Assembly: GCA_963665235.2 (NCBI GenBank) | Contig: CAXXLX010000001.1 | Location: 1,920,001-1,984,000, forward strand | DNA length: 64,000 nucleotides | Source of the DNA: Candidatus Poribacteria bacterium | Lineage (GTDB): Bacteria; Poribacteria; WGA-4E; WGA-3G | Direction: 5' to 3' | Position numbers and translations under genes: made by a program | Shown here: piece after piece, positions 1 to 7,969 of the stretch | How positions within the stretch are numbered: the first letter of the stretch is position 1 | Layout of the letters: every line of letters starts with the position of its first letter | Notes under the pieces: generated by a model | What the model saw: only the letters and a program-made list of their open reading frames with translations | Told to the model about the DNA's origin: nothing | The model's database searches: none

Positions 1-18
1 TATTCCGAACCGCGTCCG

Positions 19-558
19 CTAGCCTTTTGCGAGTTGTTGTTTCAAACGTTGGAGTTGTGTTGCGACGCTTGCGTCAAAAACGGTGTCCTCCAACTGTACG
101 ATGAACCCGCCTTGGATTTGTGCGTCCGTTGTGGTTTCCAACCTGACCTGTTTTCCGGAATATGCGCTGAGCTGTTGTGATAGTTGTCCCTGCTGTTCTG
201 AGGTCATGGGGACAGCCGTTGTGACGTTTGCGACGAGTCTGCCGGCGGCTTCATCAACGATACCCAAAAAGACCTCCGCTATCGCCACGAGATGTCGTTC
301 GCGTTGTCTTGATGCCAAAAGCCGTAAGAAGTTAAGCGTCAGCGGGTGGAGCGTATCGGCGAAAAGCTGTTGAAACATATCTCCCTTCGCTTGCGGTGAC
401 AAGATGGGACTGCTGATGAATTGCGCGAATTCTTCGGATTCTTCAATTAGCAGCAGCAGGCTGTTTACGTCCGCCACGATGGGTTCCACGGCGTTCTGTT
501 CGAGTGCTGCCTCATATAAGGCACGTGCATAAGGTTTTGCGACCCGAATGACTCTCAT
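19..558 (-). CDS. atpH: ATP synthase F1 subunit delta
   Basis: VAKPYARALY N-terminus, IQGGFIVQLEDTVFDASV C-terminus; follows atpF. Confidence 0.95.
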   Translation of the reverse strand: MRVIRVAKPYARALYEAALEQNAVEPIVADVNSLLLLIEESEEFAQFISSPILSPQAKGDMFQQLFADTLHPLTLNFLRLLASRQRERHLVAIAEVFLGIVDEAAGRLVANVTTAVPMTSEQQGQLSQQLSAYSGKQVRLETTTDAQIQGGFIVQLEDTVFDASVATQLQRLKQQLAKG

Positions 559-576
559 AGTTGGTTTTCACCTCAG

Positions 577-1170
577 TTAAGGGGCAATCTCAGGCAATCG
601 GTTAATGGATGCATCAATAATATGCTGATGTTTTTCGGTATTGAGTTCAGCACTGATAATTTTGCTTGCTGCATCAATAGCGAGTTCGGCGACAACGCCG
701 CGCAATTCAGCGATAGCTTCATCCTTTTCGCGCTGGATTTCTGCTCGGGCTCTTTCGATTTCAGCGGCAGCCTCTTGCCGTGCTTGTGTGAGAATTTCTT
801 GCCGTTCCGTGTTCCCCTGCTCTATTGCTGCTTGGATTTTCGCCTGCGATTCAGTTTCCACATCGCCGAGGCGTTGTCGGATTTCAGCATTCAGGCGGTC
901 CAACTCCTGTTGGTCGTTCTCTAATTTTTCGAGTCGAGCCGCTGTGTCCTGCTGGCGTTCCTCTAAGAGCCCACCGACCCTGCCGAAGACGAACTTCCAT
1001 AACACAAAAAGCACGACAAGAAAGCCGATGACCTGGAGAAGGATTGTCTTTCCATCAATGCCAAGTTGTGCTAGTACGCCCCCTTCACCGGAGGGAGCGT
1101 CAGCGGCGAATGCACTGGCGATACATATCCCGATTAGAATGAGACACCCTGCATATATTTTTCTTCTCAT
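577..1170 (-). CDS. atpF: ATP synthase F0 subunit b with signal-peptide-like N-terminal extension
   Basis: TM helix (LLQVIGFLVVLFVLWKF) plus long charged coiled coil and AIDAASKII; start moved to ATG 1170 (AGGA RBS). Confidence 0.93.
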   Translation of the reverse strand: MRRKIYAGCLILIGICIASAFAADAPSGEGGVLAQLGIDGKTILLQVIGFLVVLFVLWKFVFGRVGGLLEERQQDTAARLEKLENDQQELDRLNAEIRQRLGDVETESQAKIQAAIEQGNTERQEILTQARQEAAAEIERARAEIQREKDEAIAELRGVVAELAIDAASKIISAELNTEKHQHIIDASINRLPEIAP

Positions 1171-1199
1171 GGGTTTCCTGTACGCTGATGCGTGCTTTT

Positions 1200-1242
1200 C
1201 CAACAAGTTGGGGGCACTTTAGCGGATGCCCCAATTTGTTGG
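1200..1242. promoter_or_regulatory. Intergenic stem-loop between atpE and atpF
   Basis: ccaacaagttgggggca ... tgccccaatttgttgg imperfect inverted repeat. Confidence 0.6.
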
Positions 1243-1254
1243 AGGTTGGGGTTA

Positions 1255-1569
1255 TTATTCCCCGAGGTTGTCAACGACTTGATGGGTTTCCCCGCGTTTC
1301 GCGTCCGCTTCGATCATCCCTTTCAGCATCTCATCTGCTGGAAGTTTTGCCACCAAGATAAAAAACATTAAAAGCGCGTAGATAACAAGTGATTCAATGA
1401 GGGCCAAACCGATGATCATCGCGGTCTGAATTTTAGGTGCTGACTCCGGTTGACGTGCAATCCCCTCAAGGGCGGTACTCGTTGCTTTGCCTTGTGCCGT
1501 TGAGGCAAAAATAACAGCGATTGGCAAACCCAATGTTGCACCAAACGCCAACACTGCTAGGTATATCAT
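1255..1569 (-). CDS. atpE: ATP synthase F0 subunit c with C-terminal extension
   Basis: ARQPE loop, ALIESLVIY ion-binding helix, position in operon. Confidence 0.95.
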   Translation of the reverse strand: MIYLAVLAFGATLGLPIAVIFASTAQGKATSTALEGIARQPESAPKIQTAMIIGLALIESLVIYALLMFFILVAKLPADEMLKGMIEADAKRGETHQVVDNLGE

Positions 1570-1647
1570 GAAATTTTTCTCCTCTGTTATGAGATTAGAC
1601 TGTCGCCGGGGTCTTGCAACCGGGGCAGTCGCTTTGTGAATTTAAAT

Positions 1648-2511
1648 TTAATGATGCGCTTCATGCGCTTCATCATCGTGCGTTACAAACAGCACGATAT
1701 AGATAGATGTTAGAATCGTAAAGACAAACGCTTGCAGAAAGCCTCCGAACAATCCGAAGAAAAGCATCGGGACTTGAACCGGTACGAATGGAATAGCATC
1801 AAGGATAAGGATGCCGAGTCCGAGCTTAGTAAGCTCTATAAGCACCGATTCTTCACCGAAGATGTTTCCGAAAAGTCGGATAGCAAGGGAGCCAGCCCGG
1901 GATAACTGCGCGATGACTTCAAGTGGAAACATTAAAAATCCTAACCAGGGTGGATTCCCGATTAGATGTTTGAGATATCCGCCGATTCCGTTCTCTTTAA
2001 TAGCGATGATTTGAACGCCCAACACAGCTGTTATGCCGAGGGCGAGCGTTGTATTTAAATCTGCTGTCGGGGATTGAAAACCTGGGACGAGACCGATGTA
2101 GTTTAACGCGAGAATAAACACGAAGCATGAACCAACGAAAGGCACATATTTTTTGCCGTGTTCACCGAGGATGCCTCCGAAGAAATCAATTAGTCCTCCG
2201 ACAAAAAGTTCGAGCAGGGTTTGCCCTTTTCCTTCCGGAAGCCGCTTCAGTTTTCGTGTTACAAACATGAAAAAGAGCGTTAGAAGGACAACGATAAAGT
2301 ATGTATTTGGAATCAGATCTGGTTGATGCCACCGATTCGGTTCCGGAATGATGTTATCAGGTAACACCCGTGAAAGTGAATAAAGCCAGGAGCGATGTTC
2401 ATGCTCTCCGCCGTGCGCGTCCTCATCTGAGGCTACATCATCCGCGGTGAAACCCCCTGCTGCTATCAGCATTAACCCGATAACCGTGAAAATAAGCGGT
2501 ATTTTTTTCAT
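1648..2511 (-). CDS. atpB: ATP synthase F0 subunit a
   Basis: SPTADLNTT, SLAIRLFGNI (conserved Arg), LQAFVFTILT motifs. Confidence 0.96.
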   Translation of the reverse strand: MKKIPLIFTVIGLMLIAAGGFTADDVASDEDAHGGEHEHRSWLYSLSRVLPDNIIPEPNRWHQPDLIPNTYFIVVLLTLFFMFVTRKLKRLPEGKGQTLLELFVGGLIDFFGGILGEHGKKYVPFVGSCFVFILALNYIGLVPGFQSPTADLNTTLALGITAVLGVQIIAIKENGIGGYLKHLIGNPPWLGFLMFPLEVIAQLSRAGSLAIRLFGNIFGEESVLIELTKLGLGILILDAIPFVPVQVPMLFFGLFGGFLQAFVFTILTSIYIVLFVTHDDEAHEAHH

Positions 2512-2586
2512 GTGACGTGTATTACTGTTCTTCCTATCTTGAAATTGGTGTTTGTAGGTCAGGTTGAACGAAGATAAACCGGATTT

Positions 2587-2994
2587 TCACTGTGACTCCG
2601 AATCTTCGTTCGTCAGAATTCCGACCATCAAACCGATGGCTTTAAAAATGATGGCAATCTGGGTTAAAGCGATACCGCCCCCCAAGGCATAGTAATTCAG
2701 CCACTTCGCCTTAAATAGGAGAAAGAGACATACGCCTAACACCGCATACTTGCCGAAGGCGATGAAAATCAGCACGTATTTGGTTTTCAACGACTTTCCT
2801 GGCCGGATAAGCCTCCGAACCGTGAACGCAATCGACCAGAACACGCTGAGACTGATAGCACTTCCGATAAGAAAACTCGGAAGGACAGCACGGTTAAACA
2901 CTAGCAGTACGGCTGAAACTAAAACGGTTAGCAGAATTGTCAACACATAGACTTGCCGTATAAACCGAGCATCGACTTCAAAAGCGGTCTTCAT
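2587..2994 (-). CDS. atpI: ATP synthase subunit I (4-TM accessory protein)
   Basis: Four hydrophobic segments, directly upstream of atpB. Confidence 0.75.
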   Translation of the reverse strand: MKTAFEVDARFIRQVYVLTILLTVLVSAVLLVFNRAVLPSFLIGSAISLSVFWSIAFTVRRLIRPGKSLKTKYVLIFIAFGKYAVLGVCLFLLFKAKWLNYYALGGGIALTQIAIIFKAIGLMVGILTNEDSESQ

Positions 2995-2997
2995 GCG

Positions 2998-3279
2998 TCA
3001 CCTCTCCTCTGTAGGGGGATTGTCACGTTTCTGTTTTTCCATGCGTTCAAGTTGTCGATTCCAGCGCGCGACTGAGCGGAACATTTCCATGAAACCAGCG
3101 GCGACCCCCAGTCCAAACCCGATATACGAGCCGATTTCTGCACTCCCTAATTTCCCGCCAATCCATTTCCCTCCAAAATAACCGATACATATAGCAAGGG
3201 CAAGCGTTATCCCGATGGAAGCAAGGTCGAACATTCCTATATTTTCATGTTTGAATTGATTTAGCCGACGTTTTAACAT
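2998..3279 (-). CDS. AtpZ/AtpI-family small membrane protein
   Basis: IGITLALAICIGYFGGKWI...GLGVAAGF two-TM pattern; first gene of atp operon. Confidence 0.75.
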   Translation of the reverse strand: MLKRRLNQFKHENIGMFDLASIGITLALAICIGYFGGKWIGGKLGSAEIGSYIGFGLGVAAGFMEMFRSVARWNRQLERMEKQKRDNPPTEER

Positions 3280-3352
3280 GACAAGTTGCTCCCATAAGAT
3301 GAAAACGGTGTTAGAAACAGATTGCCTCTTGCTCTGCTAGGCAGTGATATAT

Positions 3353-3381
3353 ATTATACCACAAAATCGGAGAGAATGCAA
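3353..3381 (-). promoter_or_regulatory. Sigma70-type promoter of atp operon
   Basis: TTGCAT-N17-TATAAT with extended TG on minus strand. Confidence 0.65.
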
Positions 3382-3413
3382 AAGAAAACGGAATTTTTGC
3401 GGTTACACGGTCT

Positions 3414-4853
3414 TCACTTGGATTGAATCAAGACTGCCCAATGCGCTTCGGTTGGTGCAGATAAGGTTATGCTATTGTCGTGAGAGATTTCCTCCGCTTG
3501 TGTCCATTCGCTTTTAGCGATATCTATCCATCTTATTGTGAGCGTTTCGGTATCTATGCGCTGTTCTCCCGTGCTCAGATTGATATCGACCGAGCCGCCG
3601 TTCGGAAAGTAGATAGCGTATTCACGTCCAGGGTTTGCGAATGCATAAGCCCCGTTATCTGCTCTATTGGAAAGCAGGTCATTGTGTGGCTCACATCTAA
3701 AAACGTCCATCTCATCCGTGAGAATTCGCATGCTTTTCAGGTGTGCCTGTGCTATTTCGCTCAAGCCAACGCCGCTATCGGGTCGGTGGAATCGTGCGGA
3801 TGCGAATCCGCCGAAGATATTTCTCCAAAACCGTTCTAATCCATCTTGAGTACTACCGAATCGTCCGCCATCTGCCCCGTAAATTTTAATGTTATTGATA
3901 GGACGGATTGGCGAGAGGTGTGTCCGAATCTTCTGGGCGTTATCCCAGTGCCGTTGCCGTTTCTGATGATTATTCTGAGATATATCACAAAAGGAGTAGG
4001 TTTCCGGGTGGTCAAACGTAGCTTTATGTTTATCATCGGATAAATCCCACGGATCCCACATTTCGGTAGTTTCCACAACGCGTCCTGCTGCTGTTGCCTG
4101 TTTCTGTATATACGTTGCCCAATATTCTCCCCATGCAGCGGTGACAGCCGTTTCGTTGTCCATGCAGTAGAGGATATGCCCGTAGGGGAGCGTCTCCGCG
4201 AGCAGTTTATCCACAAATTTCTCCTGATATTTCAGGACAATCTGCTGATTACGTTCTTTCGGTACAGACCAGAAAAAGTTGTTATCCGTTGCAACAGGAT
4301 GGGTTTTTACAACGGTCGGTAATCCTGTCTCCTCTGCGGTGTAATTGCTGTTATTTTTGGGATTGAAAGGGTTTGCCGCCCAAGGCTCTCGGTAATAGTT
4401 GAAGGTTGCCCACACCTCAATTTGGACGATAATATCCATCTCATGTGTCCAGGTTATGAAGTTCCGAAAACGGTTCCAAAATTCTTCGTTCCACTGATTT
4501 AAGTCATATTTTTCACCGACCTTTTTAAAGGGGGGTACATCGCCTTCATCAACCCAACTCATCGTGGAGCGCACATAGTTCCCACCGACCGACTTCAACA
4601 GTTCAAGGTGTTCTTTGAGATTCGGAATCTGAAACAGATTGTCCTCAACGGAACCGCCGATTAGGAGAATCGGTTCACCCTTATATTGCCAATAACGTGG
4701 GTTTTCTTTATAAATCTGAATTCGGTTTTTTTCCATATCTCTATCCTTTTCGACTTCGGCATCCTCTGCTGCCGCTGCACAAACGGATACGACTATGAGC
4801 AGTGCTAGCACAAGCTTGCCGATAGCTAAGCGTGGGGCCCACAGGTTTTCCAT
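3414..4853 (-). CDS. Secreted glycoside-hydrolase-like TIM-barrel protein with C-terminal collagen-binding-like beta domain
   Basis: Signal peptide (VCAAA-A), ENPRYWQYKGEPILLIG start, DNE motif, YAIYFPNGGSV...WAVLI tail; start moved to ATG 4853. Confidence 0.6.
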   Translation of the reverse strand: MENLWAPRLAIGKLVLALLIVVSVCAAAAEDAEVEKDRDMEKNRIQIYKENPRYWQYKGEPILLIGGSVEDNLFQIPNLKEHLELLKSVGGNYVRSTMSWVDEGDVPPFKKVGEKYDLNQWNEEFWNRFRNFITWTHEMDIIVQIEVWATFNYYREPWAANPFNPKNNSNYTAEETGLPTVVKTHPVATDNNFFWSVPKERNQQIVLKYQEKFVDKLLAETLPYGHILYCMDNETAVTAAWGEYWATYIQKQATAAGRVVETTEMWDPWDLSDDKHKATFDHPETYSFCDISQNNHQKRQRHWDNAQKIRTHLSPIRPINNIKIYGADGGRFGSTQDGLERFWRNIFGGFASARFHRPDSGVGLSEIAQAHLKSMRILTDEMDVFRCEPHNDLLSNRADNGAYAFANPGREYAIYFPNGGSVDINLSTGEQRIDTETLTIRWIDIAKSEWTQAEEISHDNSITLSAPTEAHWAVLIQSK

Positions 4854-5015
4854 AAGAGTTGTCTCCTGCATACAAGGCAGTTTCAAAAATTGTTATCAAG
4901 ACGATATATATTATACCGTAACATTTGACGCGCAATCCGGCTGTTCATGGATAGCACACGGATATCCGTGAAAATTCTGAAATGTCTGGATATCCCTCCC
5001 GCGAAGACTCTTTTC

Positions 5016-5045
5016 TTGCACACAGCTAGCATTTGGTGGTATACT
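5016..5045 (+). promoter_or_regulatory. Sigma70-type promoter upstream of carbonic anhydrase
   Basis: TTGCAC-N18-TATACT with extended TG. Confidence 0.55.
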
Positions 5046-5066
5046 ACATGAAAAAGTAAGACTGAG

Positions 5067-5927
5067 GTGATTCTAATGGATAGCTATCTAAAGTTAGTTC
5101 TAGAATGCGGTTTGTATTGTATTGCAAACGCGTTCAGTTGTAGTATGATAATGTGTGTGCTTATGATGTGTAGTATAATAGGTTGTGCAGTTCAATCCCC
5201 TACTGAAAAGATGGAATGGGGTTACGAAGCGGAGAATGGCCCGGAGGTTTGGGGGCAACTCAAGCCGGAATATATCCTTTGCGCGGTAGGGAAACATCAA
5301 TCCCCTATTGACATTGTGAACGCTACGCCAGCGGAACTTCCCCCGCTTACTCACGTATACAATTCATCGGTAGGTATGAACATTCGTAACAATGGCCATA
5401 CAATTGAAGTTACGTATCCGGAGGGAAGCTGGATTGAGGTCGATGACACGCGGTACCAGCTGCTTCAATTCCATTTCCACGCGCCGAGCGAACATACGGT
5501 GGCAGGTAAACTGTTCGATATGGAGATGCACCTCGTTCACAAAAGTAAGACTGGCGACCTGGCGGTGCTTGGGGTGTTCATTGAGAGTGGTGGTCATAAC
5601 GCCGCTTTTGAGCCTGTCTGGGACCATCTGCCTTCGGGCCCAGGTGAAACGCAGCATGTGGCGGATGTTACCATCGACCTGCGTAACATCTTATCACCAA
5701 TTGCGGAGGTAACCGAGGAGGGCCAGACTGTTTTTCCCAACTACTACCGTTACGACGGTTCACTGACAACGCCGCCTTGTTCGGAGGGTGTCAAATGGAG
5801 CGTGCTGACAACGCCTCTTGAGATGTCGGAAACGCAAATTATGGCATTCAAAGCGATTATCCATGACAACAACCGACCGGTCCAGCCGTTGAATGGACGA
5901 GAACTGCTTCAAAGGAGAGAAAAATGA
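5067..5927 (+). CDS. Alpha-class carbonic anhydrase, probably exported or a lipoprotein (start uncertain)
   Basis: QSPID, QFHFH, EH, EMHLVH Zn ligands, GSLTTPPCSEGV, NNRPVQPLNGR. Confidence 0.95.
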   Translation: MILMDSYLKLVLECGLYCIANAFSCSMIMCVLMMCSIIGCAVQSPTEKMEWGYEAENGPEVWGQLKPEYILCAVGKHQSPIDIVNATPAELPPLTHVYNSSVGMNIRNNGHTIEVTYPEGSWIEVDDTRYQLLQFHFHAPSEHTVAGKLFDMEMHLVHKSKTGDLAVLGVFIESGGHNAAFEPVWDHLPSGPGETQHVADVTIDLRNILSPIAEVTEEGQTVFPNYYRYDGSLTTPPCSEGVKWSVLTTPLEMSETQIMAFKAIIHDNNRPVQPLNGRELLQRREK

Positions 5928-6172
5928 ATAATTATATGGACATCATCACATTCGAACCGGGCAAGCGCAGCGGGCAGCCCTGTATTCGCGGGATGCGAAT
6001 CACCGTCTACGATATCTTCGAGTACCTTGCTGCGGGGATGACAGTTGAGGAAGTTCTTGACGATTTTCCTGAATTGACTGAGATGGACATCCGCGCCTGT
6101 TTCGCGTACGCTGCAGATAAAAACAAATCGCAGATGATTGTTTTTAGTAATAGAAATAAGAAATTTGCGTAA
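5924..6172 (+). CDS. DUF433 family protein (antitoxin-like)
   Basis: PGKRSGQPCIRGMRITVYDI...DFPELT..DIRAC; overlaps CA stop (ATGA). Confidence 0.9.
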   Translation: MNNYMDIITFEPGKRSGQPCIRGMRITVYDIFEYLAAGMTVEEVLDDFPELTEMDIRACFAYAADKNKSQMIVFSNRNKKFA

Positions 6173-6288
6173 GTTCTATTCTATTAACATGAGCTTGATA
6201 ATAAATGTCCGTTTGTTATTAGCAATTGGCAAAACGCAACATCAATTTTTTCCAAACAGGTCAGGCATGAACCCCCCGCCAGCAGTAT

Positions 6289-6317
6289 AAAAAAAGGCGA
6301 GGAACGCAACCTCGCCT
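6289..6317 (-). terminator. Intrinsic terminator after FGE-like gene
   Basis: aggcgagg/cctcgcct stem followed by a T-run on minus strand. Confidence 0.7.
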
Positions 6318-6379
6318 ATAAACAACAACCTTAAACCCCTACCTGCCAAAGCAGATTGGAGACGTAAAGAGGTAAACAT

Positions 6380-7504
6380 TTAAGGCGTTACAGCCCTCAC
6401 ACAACGAAAACCGTTGGCATAGCTCGAGTACGGCGGCGCAGGGTTGTAGCGATAGGCGACCCGCACGGTTCGTCCTATAAAGTTCCAGGAGCCACCACGC
6501 ATAACGCGGGAACTTTTAACATCTTGATAATTATTTATTAATTCCTCGATACTATTTGCACCCGACAACGGATTCCGAGCAGGAGAAACCGAATAGAAAT
6601 TGGCGTTATACTCGTCCAAGCACCACTCCGAAACGTTACCAGCCATATCGAATAAACCGTACCGATTTGCAGTATATTTACCCACTGCCGTGGTATCGTT
6701 AATATGCTTATTGTAGTTTGCCTTTGTGGAAACCAGGGTATTGCCCCACGGATATTCTAGACCGGCTAAACCACCACGTGCAGCCTTCTCCCACTCCGCT
6801 TCTGTCGGCAGCCGTTTCTCCGCCCACTCCGCGTAAGCCATCGCACCATACCAACTTACGTATGTCACAGGGTGATTCGCATACACCTTTCTTGCACGAT
6901 ACTTACCGGATACGAACTCAATTTGAGAACGATCTTCACCAATATGATACCAAGTGATATCATCCTCAGGATGTTTACCTTCCTCAGCATGTTTACCTTT
7001 AGCATTGAGAAACTCAGCATATTGGGCGTTGGTGACCTCGTACTTATCCATGTAAAACGCATCTACGTAAACCGAATGAACCGGTTTTTCATTGTGTTCA
7101 CGACCTCCCATCTGAAATTCACCCTCGGGGATCAGCACCATTCCTTCAGGCGGGGACGAAATATCAGGTTCCTCGGGTTCGGGTACTGCAACAGTGTAGG
7201 TAAGTGAAGTAGCACCATCATCCCACGTGAGGACAAGGTTCAACGTGCCTGGCGTAAAAGGACCTCTTATTGTTGCATTCACACCAGAGCGGGATACTTT
7301 TCCGTTATTCGCTTTCAACCCTGTGGGGGTGCCATCAAAAGTAACGATAATCTTCCCATCTGTTTGAATCGTGCTGCCATCTGCGGGAATTGCTTTGGTA
7401 AACGACACCGTTTCTTCCTCTTCTGTCTCATCACAGCCACTAAAGGCAATCGCAAGGCAAGTGCCAAGTATAACTATTGATAAGAGATGAAAACATTTTT
7501 TCAT
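6380..7504 (-). CDS. Lipoprotein with formylglycine-generating-enzyme (FGE/SUMF1, CLec-fold) domain
   Basis: Lipobox FSGC; EVTNAQY, RLPTEAEWEKAARGG, GLFDMAGNVSEW, RGGSW, GFRC; start ATG 7504 after GGAGG. Confidence 0.9.
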   Translation of the reverse strand: MKKCFHLLSIVILGTCLAIAFSGCDETEEEETVSFTKAIPADGSTIQTDGKIIVTFDGTPTGLKANNGKVSRSGVNATIRGPFTPGTLNLVLTWDDGATSLTYTVAVPEPEEPDISSPPEGMVLIPEGEFQMGGREHNEKPVHSVYVDAFYMDKYEVTNAQYAEFLNAKGKHAEEGKHPEDDITWYHIGEDRSQIEFVSGKYRARKVYANHPVTYVSWYGAMAYAEWAEKRLPTEAEWEKAARGGLAGLEYPWGNTLVSTKANYNKHINDTTAVGKYTANRYGLFDMAGNVSEWCLDEYNANFYSVSPARNPLSGANSIEELINNYQDVKSSRVMRGGSWNFIGRTVRVAYRYNPAPPYSSYANGFRCVRAVTP

Positions 7505-7634
7505 AAAATCCTCCCTTCTTTGTTCATTGTTTGAACCAGAAAAATCGTATAAATCTTGAAGTTCCACTGTTTTAACTCCGTTATATTCAGTTGATTCGTT
7601 GGATATGTATCCAGAGAAACCGATTCGCTTGGGT

Positions 7635-7766
7635 TTATTTCAATAGCCACATTTTCCGCACACTTTTCGTGCTGCCTGCCGCAAACTGATAGAAATAGAG
7701 GCCAGTAGCGACCGGTTCACCGACATCGTTTTTGCCATCCCAATAGGCGGCACGCGCCCGGTTCTG
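7635..7766 (-). pseudogene. Orphan remnant of a T9SS-like C-terminal sorting domain (not in ORF track)
   Basis: Translates QNRARAAYWDGKNDVGEPVATGLYFYQFAAGSTKSVRKMWLLK*, similar to the CTD at 36633; in-frame stop upstream at 7785-7787, no start. Confidence 0.8.
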
Positions 7767-7810
7767 ACCCGCGGAGCAGGATGTTTACCTGAATACTAGA
7801 AAACGGAGGT

Positions 7811-7866
7811 CGCGAGCACAGCACGCTCCTACAGAAGACAGAAGCGCGAACACAGCTCGCTCCTAC
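7811..7866 (-). repeat. Two tandem GTAG-type REP-like palindromic repeats
   Basis: GTAGGAGCGAGCTGTGTTCGCG and GTAGGAGCGTGCTGTGCTCGCG on minus strand. Confidence 0.7.
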
Positions 7867-7969
7867 TCAGAACCCGAACCAACGCCCAACAGCCATGGAC
7901 CTAGCATATATTAGGTAGCGCTGCTTTTCACCTTCTGCACAATGGTGTTTGCGCTAAAGTTCTATTAGA

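Noticed and set aside
641-1222. 193-aa plus-strand ORF and many similar short overlapping ORFs
   Set aside because: Antisense shadows of well-supported minus-strand genes
6962-7000. 18-nt duplication (GKHAEE/GKHPED) in the FGE gene
   Set aside because: Small in-frame slippage in a loop; no further signal
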